DNA of 43,684 nucleotides. Origin: Halocafeteria seosinensis (taxonomy: Eukaryota). The stretch lies in the NCBI GenBank assembly GCA_001687465.1, contig LVLI01000630.1, positions 1 through 43,684 of the forward strand, read 5' to 3'. Position numbers and translations under genes: made by a program. A model generated the notes under the pieces. The model saw only the letters and a list, made by a program, of their open reading frames with translations. It did not search any database and was not told the DNA's origin. Positions 11,556 through 22,081 of this stretch are shown piece after piece. How positions within the stretch are numbered: position 1 is the stretch's first letter; every line of letters starts with the position of its first letter.

Positions 11556-13124
11556 ACAAGGAATCGAACTTCACAGCGGAAACGGGAATCCAGAAGACGT
11601 CATTTCGGTTCCTCGAAGTTTTCAGTGCATATACGACACTTTTCTGAGGAATAGCTGTCACTATTTGCGAAACATTGGTGAAACGTGCTGGATTCGACAG
11701 GGAAGTCCGAAATCAATGAATTTCTCGGTGAAACAGAGCGTAGACATTCAGGAGCGGTATGTCGTAGCCGTCTTCGAACAGCTTCGGCAAACTCTCACGA
11801 CGCTCGAGGATGTTATTGCAATCACAACGGATGAGGAGGGAAATCAAAGTATATGTTCGAGCCCAAAGAGATTCAAGCAGCTCATCGTTGAGTATCCGTC
11901 GTATGACAAACTAGAGATACTGTACACTCAGCTGCTCGAGAGTGAGTACGTGTTGGCGTAACTTGCTAAGTTGTTTGAGTTTAATTTGCTGAACCATTTC
12001 GATTTTGCAGTGAACAGAAAGCTAAAATGAAAGAAATGCTGATGTATATTATGCAGCGGGATCTCTATTGTAGCAACTGGACTGTTGCTCTGCCCCTTTT
12101 GCGCCTTCATTTTTTGCAAATATATCGAGATCTCCTTGTGGATATCCCAACTCGAGGACTCATGAAACAAGTTCCAGACTTCATTGCATCACTTCCTATT
12201 TTTCGGCTTGAAAGCGAGCTAGCTCCAACGTCTACATTCTTACGGTTCCAATCTGCAGGCCTTCGATTGAAGATCAAGGTGGTGAAGGGTAAAGCACAGG
12301 TCAGTAAAGTACCCGTTCATCACACCAACGAGCTTTGCACCATCTATGCTGGTATCCGTTTTTCAATCTGCCGTCACAACCCCAATGAGGCAATGGGAAC
12401 AATTGATGGTGTACTCCGAGGTCTGGAAGGAAACGGTTACATTATAAACTCGGCAGAGAAAAATATCCTTACTTCGGCGTTACGCAACATGTCACAACCT
12501 GTGGCGATGCAGCTATCATCCGAAGAGGAGAATGTAGCTACAATATCCTGCAATGAAATCTTCCAGATCAAAAATGTGGGGAACAACGGTGCTTGCCTAG
12601 TATGGATATGTGCCACTGATGACTCTAGTGCGTTCCCAATCACCGTTGCGCAGCAACGCCTCGGTGAGTGTCAAGAGAAAAACTTACACCCCATATTGAG
12701 AAATAATGCCAAGTGGAATGGAAATATTAATCAGCTCCGATCCAGACGACAGTCCTCAGAGATCGGCAACGAGATAGCAGGACAGGGTCCAGAGGTTCGC
12801 CCAAAAGGCATGTCAGTTTCTGCTCCACAGGGTAGCCCATGTGAGCAAAATCCGACCGAAACTTCAATTTCGACAACCTCCAGGAACGGTACAAAGCGAA
12901 GCCTTCAATATGGCATGGCCTCGGCTAGAGATGGCCCGACAAAGCCTTCCGAAACAGGCTCCCGGAAATTTCATCGGCGAAGTGCAGCCATCCTTGATAG
13001 TGGTACAATTCTTACGCCACCTGCACCCGAATCGACTCTTCCCTACTGCTCAGGAAGTTCCTGCGATGGCACCGACGACGATGAGTCAGATGCTGAGTTT
13101 GAAGGATACTCGGAAGTTCCTTAA
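11556..13124 (+). CDS. Hypothetical multi-exon protein; 5' end unresolved
   Basis: An open frame ~11556-11945 splices via GTACGT..TTGCAG (11946-12010) in frame into ORF 12027-13124, giving LLESDEQKAKMKEML. Further exon-like pieces lie upstream to about 10550. No family recognised. Confidence 0.55.
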
Positions 13125-13320
13125 GGAAGGGCAAGTATGAAAACCTGGCCGCAATGAACGACAAAAGAACCATGTACCGTATATACAACAATTGTGCACA
13201 TTTTCCACCGTAGACAGTGTCAATTGCCCCTTAATTCAGCCAATAATGTGAAATCTTCAAAACAAGCGACTACTATGTTTGCATTTGATACCACACTGGA
13301 CCCAACGCGCTTATTCAGAT

Positions 13321-16300
13321 CTAGCGGGCTCCGCCTCTGGCATGCTTCTTAGGACCTCCACCTTCACCTTGAAACTGACGCTTAACTCCCCTGCCACGCC
13401 CTCTTCCACGTTGCGGACGAGGATGTCGCGGGGTATTTGAACTAGTACTCGCCGCTTGGCTTACGCCTGGTAAGCCGAACCGCTGCTGTCTTTCTTGTCT
13501 TTTCTGTTCCTCAGACCGCGTGTCTACGGTTATATTGGAAGTCTCAGGGGCACTTGTTTGGCCGCCACTAGTGGAAACAACGGCGTCCCCACCATCACCA
13601 CCGGAGAAGGAAGTCGTATTCTGGGAGACAAGGTAGCCTAACGTACTACCTTGCAATGATGCGGATGAACCGCTTGGCGATTGGGCCGAGGTTGCAGTTC
13701 CTTTTCGCTGGAACTTCTTAAATAGAGCACTTCGCAAGTGCGCTTCTGTGTTAGTATCCTCCCCTGTAGGTGATGAGCTAGCACTGCTTGCAGGAGCAGC
13801 GATTGCTCCAGCTTCGTCTTCCTGTTGCCCCCCTGCTTCATCGTCTGCAGCATTTTGTTGGTCTCCTTGCTCTTCCTTGGCGATTTCTTCCTCTTTTTCT
13901 TCTTCCTCCTCTGCTTGCTCTTGGTAGTCTTCATCATCATCCTCTTCATCCTCCTCGTCCTCCGCAGATTCTTTCTCGTCTTGATCCTCATCGATGGTCT
14001 CTTCTGCCCATTCTGTTTCTTCGACAGCTGTACCGGCAGCACCACGACTATCCTCGTGTGTCTGGTGCGGATCCGTCAAACCTCCCTGAGTACCTTGCTC
14101 GGCTTCGGGGAACGACCCGAAGGAAGATGTGACAAGCAAAGTTTCCTCTGTAGTCGCAGCAGGCTGTGCAAGAGAGGTTTCGGACGCGGACACAGACGTA
14201 TGCGTAGCAGGGAATAGAAATCCAGACTGCCTCACTGTCACGTTGGAGTGGGGGCCACAATCCGAAGCAGGTTGAGTCAGTGCGTGCGTACTTGTGTGTG
14301 CTAACGTTGAAGGGGTTGAAACAGTTGCCGTTGATTCGGATGTGACGCTGTCTCCTGCCGAGGTCCAGGCATGATGAGGTTGCTGAGTGGGAGTAGATGA
14401 TACAATTGACGATACTTGACTGGCGGACGCATTGCTGGCGGGAGGCGGAGAGGAGAATGCAGCACAAACTGCGGAGGAAACTGCTCCACTCCTGGTATCC
14501 GCAGGCTGAGTAGATTGGGACACGACCGTTTTCTCTTCTTCCAGACGGTTTTTCAGCTCTTTGTTTTCCCCTTCCAGTTCACTTATTTGTTTGTTCAGCG
14601 CCTTAACACGACCTCGTGTCTTAGCAGTCTTGTCCCTACTCTCTTCCAATTCCTCTTTCAACTCCTGCTTCTCACGGTCCAACTGTTGGATGGTATTCCG
14701 GTGTTCATTCTCAACTTCTTGTAGCCGACCATTAGACTGCTCTAGTTCCTGCTGTAACTCACGATTCCTGTCCGACACGTAATTCATTTCTTCCAATTGT
14801 CTCTGCAGTTCGTGGTTCCTTTCCAAAAGCTTGTTGTTCTCTTGCTCAACTTTCCGAACACGCTCTTTTGCCTGTTCCAGCTCCTCTGGGTCCACATTCT
14901 CTTGCTTCTTGATTACACGCTCGAACCTCTTCTTCCAGTCTTCACAGTTTTCTTCAAGAGTTTTCCGTTCTTCTTGCCAAGAACTGGCATCCTGTTCCAA
15001 ATTGCGCAATCTTTCTTTAAGTGGTGACTGTTCTTGCTTCAATTGCTCTATCTCCTTTTGCAATCGTTCATTTTCTTGCCTATAGTTGTCACAATCAGTA
15101 CGAAGCGCATTATTGCTCTCTTGGAGCAGATTATTCATTTTGGTCAGATCAACGACCCTGTTGTGCTCATCCTGTGCAACACTCTGACTATGCTCTTTTT
15201 CTTGAGCTTGCCGAAGTTTCTCCTTGATCCTGTCACGCTCCTTCGTAGTGTAATCCAATTGCTCTTGCAACGAAGAAACCTTCTGGTTGGCGAGGTCAAG
15301 ATCGGCTTCCAGTAATTCACGCTTACGTTGCAAGTACGCTCGTAACTGCTGCAACTCTGTAACAGTTTTCCGCAGTCTGGACACTTCCTCTCCTGATGCC
15401 TGCGATTCATCACCATCCCCATTTGTCTGAGACTCCGCTTCATAACTCCGCATGGTCTCGATTGTAGAGTTCAGAGAGGAGAGCTGAGAGTGCAGTATTT
15501 GATTCTGTTCTCTCAGTTCCTTCGCATTTTCTTCCGCTTGTGTCATCTGTTTGAATAGTCTTTGCTCCTTCTCGTCCCACTGCTGTTGCTTGGTTATTTG
15601 TTCGCTGACTAACCGAGCAGCTTTGTCTTCTGCTTCGTTCTTTGACTTTTCCAGTGTTTGAACCTTCTCACGTAACTGACGCATTTGCTGCGTGTCTTCC
15701 GAATGCTTCGATAGTTCTTCTTCGTACTTCCTCTGGATGGAGTCCACTGATTCCCTCAGCTGCTCGACATCATTTTGTAGCGCACTTTCGCGTTGATCAA
15801 AGGTAGACACTCTTTCATTGGCATCATCTTTTTCTCTCTCGAGTTCTTGTGATTTATGTTCCAATTGAATGATTCGTTCGCTTAAAGTTTCCTCCTTCCG
15901 AGATGATTCAGCTTTAAGAGATACGACTTCCTCTAGGGACATCCTTAGCTCTTCATTCTTTCTACTCAATTCGCCTCGCAACCTCTCTGTTTCCTCAGCA
16001 TGAGAGGACTTCCATTCCTCAAAGCTATTCGCAAGTTCTGAATACGCCTCTTCATTGGCTTTGGCAATGTTTTGATATTCTTCCATGTGCTTTGACTTTG
16101 ACTCAAGTTCTTCCTTCGTTGACTGTAATTCAGAGTGAAGCTGTCGGATCTTCAGATTCAGCGAAGAAACATGCGAATCATCCACGTCGGTTCGCGCACT
16201 CAGGGCGGTTAGTTTGCTCTCGACACGGCCGTGGGACGCGTCCAGCTGTTCAGCGTAAATCTTTGCTTTACGCTCAGCAGCTTCAGCTTCGGATTCCGCC

Positions 16301-19300
16301 TTGCTGGCTTTGGAACGGGCCTCCGCCAAGGCACTATTTAATTCTTCTATTTTCTTAGCTTGTTCCTTGGACTCATGTACGTGACTTTGTTGGCGTTGCG
16401 CATTCAGAGCCCGTTCCTCTTCCAGAGTTTGCCGGGTGGAGTTTAACTCCCTCTGGAGACGATCCCGCTCTTCGATTAACTGCTGCTTGTAAGAACCTTC
16501 CCGCGATTCAAGGCTGGCTTCGAGGCTTCGTACCGAATCCACCAAACGACTGAGTCTCTCTCTATCAGCGGATACACTGGATAATTCCTTAGAAAGCCTC
16601 TCTTCTGAGGACTGTGCAGCGTTGGCCTGAGACTGAGCTTCAGAAAGCTCCGATTTGAGCTTCACCAGTTCCTGATTTGCTTGAGTTAAGGATTGCTCTT
16701 TTTCCGACAGAGCTTTCTGGTACGAAATTATATGCTGATGGTATTCTACCTTTCGCTGCCGTTCTCTCTCAGCCTCGTGTCGTGCAGATTCCTCGGCTGA
16801 CTTCAGCGACTTGATTCTATTCTCATGGAATTGGGATTCACTTTGAGCATTTCCCAGCGCCACGCGCAAATCAGAGTTTTCTCGTCTCAGTTTATCAACA
16901 AGTTCTGCATGCTCCTTCTCTCTCTGACGAGAGTCTTCCCGTAGTTGATCGATTTCCTGCTGCAACCGGTCGGTTAAAGCTTCATTGACTTGATTGCGTT
17001 GTCCCGAAGAACGAGCTTCTTCTTGAGCCTCTCCACCAGGAGCACGCAGGCTTCCATCTTGCAATTCCGCTTGCTCACCATTCCGACCTGAGTCATGTTG
17101 AGCGTGCAGTAAGTGTGCATATCGCGAATCATTCTTAGCAAGAAGCACGCGGTACATATCCCGTTGGTGGATAATAGTAGAGACCATTCGTTCCTGCCTC
17201 TCTCGAGCAGCACGTAGTTGTTGAAGTTCTTTTAAAGCAGCATCGAGTCCTGCCTTTGTGGCTGACTCTTCCTCAAGACTGTCAGCGCTGTTATGCTGGT
17301 TGGAAGCCAGTTCGCGGACAATATACAATAGTTGTCGGTTACGAGTCTGAAGCTGAGCTATCGATGAAAACGTTATCATGTCATCCCCTACATCCGTATT
17401 CTCAAAACGCTTCAGTTCCTCCACCTGTTGCTCCACTGGCTTCGAGAACTCCTCCATAGAGTCTTCATAATTCTCCTCCTGAACACCTGTCTCATTTGAC
17501 AATATCGCGCGAATCTGTTTCGATAATTTATTTATCTGAGCTTTGGTTTGCTGGTTTTCCTGTTCCAGCTTCTGGCATTTCTTTTCATGCTGCTGTGCAC
17601 GGGTTTCTGCTTCTTCAACATCCTTCAACGATGCTTCTAGTCGGACGCTAAGTTGTTCATGACTGATCAAGGCACGTTCGTAGTCTTTTCGTTGCTGAGC
17701 AATCATAGGGGCCTTTGCATTAACCTCTCGTAGAATTTCAGAGAGGTACGACTCAAGACGGTTCTTTTCCGCTCTTTCTTTGGAGAGGTTATCTTCAGCT
17801 TGCTGGACACGGGCGTAGAGCGCCGTAGCATTTCGTGAACTCTCACTACTACCAGAGCGGTTCAATATAGCCGATGCCGTGTGCACAGCAGGAGACTGTT
17901 GCAATTGATTGTTTTGCTGTCGAGCTTCGTCCAGTTCCTTCCTTAGTTTTTCGTTTTCCGAGTGTAATTGCTCCACCTGAGACTTTAGAGAACTTACTTC
18001 ATCGCTCCGGGAACTTTGATGGTTTTGCTGCTGCTCCTGCAACTTGGAGCGGATCGAATCGCGTTCTGCACGGAGTTCCGATATAGTCTTCTGCAATGAC
18101 TCCATCCGGGAGTACGCATCTTCCTCTGAACGCTTGTGCATATCGGCAGCTTTTTCTTGCTTTTCAAGTCGCGTTTGAAGATCTGAAATAGTGCTTCTCA
18201 TGTATTTTCGTTCCTCAGCACTTTCTTGCTGTGTTTGCTCTAATTGGCTTGAGTACTCGTCAACTTTCCCTCTTAGGTCCGCCACTTGATGCTCCAGCGA
18301 GCGTTTCGCTTCATTTGCTTGATCCCTTTCAGACTGAAGCTCAATGACTTCAGAGGAATGAGATCTTTTCATTTGTAAAATTTCGTCGTCCTTCTCCTGA
18401 AATCTATCCTGAAGCCACGTAACCTTGTTGGACAGAAGCTTCTTTTCCTCTTCCAATTTTTCCACCTTCATACGCAGGGGCATGGTGGAGGACTTGTTTT
18501 CCGAGAGCTGCCGCTCAACTTCCGTCAGACGATTAGTCGTTTCTGACAATTTTGCAGATCTGTTTTCTAGCTCTTCTGCTAATAAATAAACGGTTTATAA
18601 AGCCTTAAAACACAGTCTTCTAACATTTGTGTGTTTCCCCGACATACCTCTTAATCGGTCAATCTCATGTTGTTTCATATCAGCACTCCGTTGCGCCGCT
18701 TCCTTTTCCTGCACACTGGCCCGTGACAAGGCGTTTGCTTGGTAAAGTTCGTTCGTCTTTCGCTCTAGCTTCGAGTTCACTTCATCTAGCGAGCGGTTGC
18801 GTTCAGTCAGTGTCGATCCTGCAGCAGTGGTTCCGCGCTGTAGAGACGTCAAGATACCGAGTTTCTCTCACATCAATCACTTACGTAATGAATCGACTGT
18901 GTTTTGCAGGTTTTCATTATCTGCTCTTGTATTGGTCAATTCCTCCTTGAGCTCAACGAAACGAGATTCCAGGTCCTTGAAAAATCGTTCCCCTCGGGCA
19001 GATTCAGCCCGTTTTTCGGCCAGCTGACGCCGTAACTCTTCAATGTCAAGCTGGTAAATATCAGCATCGTCATCTTCGTTCTCATTGTCGTCATCTAGGT
19101 CTTGCTGAGCTTGCTCCATGGCTTGATTCGAGTCCATAGAGACATCTGCTGCTGCCGATGTGGGCCCACTACTCGCCGTCACCGCTGCCGATGATGCTGA
19201 AGCATCTGACGAAGCTGATACTGAAGCCGAATAGCTTGTAATTGCTTCATGAGAGCTCATGGAAGAGGAGGAAGTGGCAGATGTCCCTTCTGCTTGAGAG

Positions 19301-19320
19301 GAGGGGGTATCTTCATCCAT
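13321..19320 (-). CDS. TPR: Nuclear basket nucleoporin Tpr/Mlp1/NUA, 3 exons
   Basis: Exons 19320-18885, 18818-18648, 18578-13321. Very long coiled coil with Tpr-typical motifs (LSEILREVNAKAPMIAQQRKDYE, ITFSSIAQLQTRNRQLL, QRDMYRVLL, KYEEELSKHSED, NLLQESNNALR) and an acidic disordered tail. Confidence 0.9.
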
Positions 19321-19545
19321 CTCTTGCGTTATGATTAGCGCTCAAACAGCTACTACTCTGACAAATATGGTCATGAAATTAAGTAGACGATGTTTATAGT
19401 ATAATTTCCCCATGAAGGATCAATCGTGGCCATATTAAACGATCTTATATAGGGCACCCTCTGTGTCCCCCCTTGGGAAAAATCACAAAAACAGTGCCCA
19501 AGTAACTTTGCCAAGTTTCAAAAGTTTCGACTCCAAGGGCTGTCA

Positions 19546-19580
19546 CATGTGCATGTATGTATGCATGTGTGTGTGTGTGT
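19546..19580. repeat. TATG/CATG and (TG)n microsatellite
   Basis: catgtgcatgtatgtatgcatgtgtgtgtgtgtgt read directly. Confidence 0.8.
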
Positions 19581-19879
19581 ACGAAGACAATGACGAGGAA
19601 TCTATCGAGAAAACCAAATTTTATGAACTACTCGCTATCTTCTGTTTTCCCCAAATATCCAGATATACACTGTGGCGGCTCCTGTACATCGACAGTAAGT
19701 TTCCAGGCGCAATACTACAGTAGTAGTTCTGCAAACCAGGAATTCAAGTCTGCCAGGGTTATGCACAGAGTCAGAGAACTGCGTACCGGTAACTAACTGT
19801 TCACAATCAGCAAACCAATGCGATAGCGGTTGCTGAAGTTGCAGAGCCCTGGGATACAGTTTGTCCACTACATGTATCA

Positions 19880-20510
19880 TCCGTGGAATGTGCCACTGCC
19901 AGCTGCACTGCGGACGGTTGCTCAACTTCGCGGAAAACTCACGCGGAAACCAGCGCGCCCCAACCAAGGAAAGAGCGCAAATAGGCAGCAAAGCGCGGTC
20001 GGGCACAGCCAAACGATGCACACACGAACGCTAGCACGGATACAGCACATGAGGTGCCGCGTACCGCGGAATGCAACGGGGTCAAACGTTGGCGGTAACC
20101 CCTCGAACGGGACGCCAGGCCTCCGCAACTCCTGACGGCCAACTGCCGGTGGGTCATCAGTCACATTTTCGTCGTCGTTTATTCCTGACACCGTGGTCAA
20201 CAACGACGATAGGACGTCTTCCGGCTAATACACACGACCTCCCGAACGGCCCCTCCAAGATCGGACGAAGACAAAACTGCTCGCGACTCTGTTGACCAAG
20301 AGTAATCGGACGACCAAGCCTTTTCGGACGACACGATAGATCTCCTCTCCAAAATAAAAATAAAAAATCAGACTCTTCAACGCAGCAGGACTGCGAGGGT
20401 TTTCCTAGGCATATGTCAGCTTGAGGTTTCGCCCCGTAGGCCATGGTGTCACACCGAAGAATTTTGGATGCCTCTAGAAAGATGGTGTCCGAACATTAGG
20501 CCATGAGAGA
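19880..20510 (-). ncRNA. Candidate structured non-coding RNA of unknown class
   Basis: GC-rich segment without a convincing ORF that contains consecutive stem-loops. Several stems need G-U pairs that form only on the minus strand. Ends are approximate. Confidence 0.4.
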
Positions 20511-20944
20511 ACCCCTGTTGTTCTTGTTCTGTTGTTTTGTGCGGGCAGAAGAAATGACTAATAAGAGAAACATCGAGGAGGATGAAGAGTAACCTTCAAG
20601 TGAATTCAGCATTGGGAGGCAATGCCATACAGGAAATCGTCTTACCCAAAAATTTGCACGAAGCAGCTATAGGGATTCCTAAATGTCTACATCATATATT
20701 CGAATGTGCATCCCACGGTAGTATCATACCGCGTTCGATTCATGTACATACATGTCGACACAGGAGCCGCCTTGTTTGTTTATTAGAAAAAGAAGATAGC
20801 GAGTAGAGTATTAACGAGGTATTCTTTAAGTGTGAATAGCCAAACTTGAAATTAGTAAAAACCCCAAAGAAAAAGGGGATTTCGGATTTTTGTCGCCCAT
20901 TTTCTGGTCTCTATTGCGCTTTGATTGCTTGATTCACTTCCATT

Positions 20945-21985
20945 ATGGCAACTCGTAGGTGATTTGTATTTACATGTGCTCCCATTTTCATCAGGCTGAC
21001 TGAGAAACGCCTCATACAAGGGGTAATTCAGGCTCCAAGTTGAAGAAGCGTGTGTCAGTATGAGTCCTGTCTTCATTAAGACCCTTTAACACGCTGTTTC
21101 TGCTCTAATTTGGCCTCCAGGTACTCATTGTGAACAGAGCAATGAAGTAGGCGTCTTCGCGAAATTGACGAACGCGTACTGCTTGACGTGCAGTGACAGA
21201 TCTCAGAACTTCTTCAGTAGCTTTGAAGCTGAATTGGCGGACCATATCCCTGTTATTCGGACCTCGATTGCAGGCTGCAGGTTCATTGGGAGAGTTACAG
21301 TAGGTAAGTGTTGTCCGGATCGACTGACAGCCCTTCCCATCATTTTCAGGGAATCAAACGAGCTCTGGTACAGGCAACAAAAATGGACTTCTAGTGCCCA
21401 ACACGACAACTGACCAAGAACTGCAGCATCTGCGAAATAGCCTTCCTGATAAAGTAACAGTACAAAGGGTCGAGGAACCACTTTCTGCCTTAGGAAATTG
21501 CGTGGCCACAAATGATCACGTGGCGTTAGTGCACCCTGATCTAGACTCGGTATGTGCCGCTGCGCGTCATGCTGCGTAACTACTACTAGGGTTTTGACAC
21601 GGGCTGGACAATGCAGGAAACTGAAGAGATTATCCAAGACGTTCTGAAGGTAGAGGTTTTCCGCCAGACTATTGCCTCCAACGCACTTGTGGGAAGTTAC
21701 TGCGTGTTATCAAACCAGGGAGGAATGGTGCACCCCCGGACCTCCCTGGAAGATCAAGAGGAGCTTTCTTCAATATTACAGGTACCGTTGGTTGCCGGCA
21801 CTGTTAACAGAGGAAGTGATGTGTTAGGAGCAGGGATGGTTGTTAATGACTGGTCCGCATTCTGTGGCCTCGATACAACTGCCACAGAGCTGAGCGTCAT
21901 TGAGAGCATATTCAAGCTCCAGGATCGTGGCCCCAGTGCAATCATGGACGAAATGCGAGATAGCCTAATCGATAGTTTAATATGA
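20945..21985 (+). CDS. EIF6: Eukaryotic translation initiation factor 6, 4 exons
   Basis: Exons 20945-20954, 21121-21303, 21374-21549, 21617-21985. [69 protein letters not shown]. Confidence 0.96.
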
Positions 21986-22081
21986 ACTCCGATGATGAAA
22001 ATTTGCTTTTACATGAAAAGTGAAGGGAATGATTGTATGGGACTATGTATTTTGCCGAATGCTTCATTCTCTAATGACATT

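Noticed and set aside
13638..18086. Many short ORFs antisense or out of frame to TPR (similar ones overlap EIF3A, AP2A and the SUMO protease)
   Set aside because: Shadow ORFs caused by codon bias in E/Q/K-rich coiled-coil sequence; no protein-like features.
20150..20175. Hammerhead-like CTGATGA and GAAA on the minus strand
   Set aside because: Only about 6 nt separate GAAA from CTGATGA, leaving no room for stems I and III, and no GAAA follows a stem II downstream.
20392..20410. AAAACCCT as a telomerase RNA template
   Set aside because: It does not contain the ~1.5 copies of a canonical TTAGGG or TTTAGGG complement, so no telomerase call was made.
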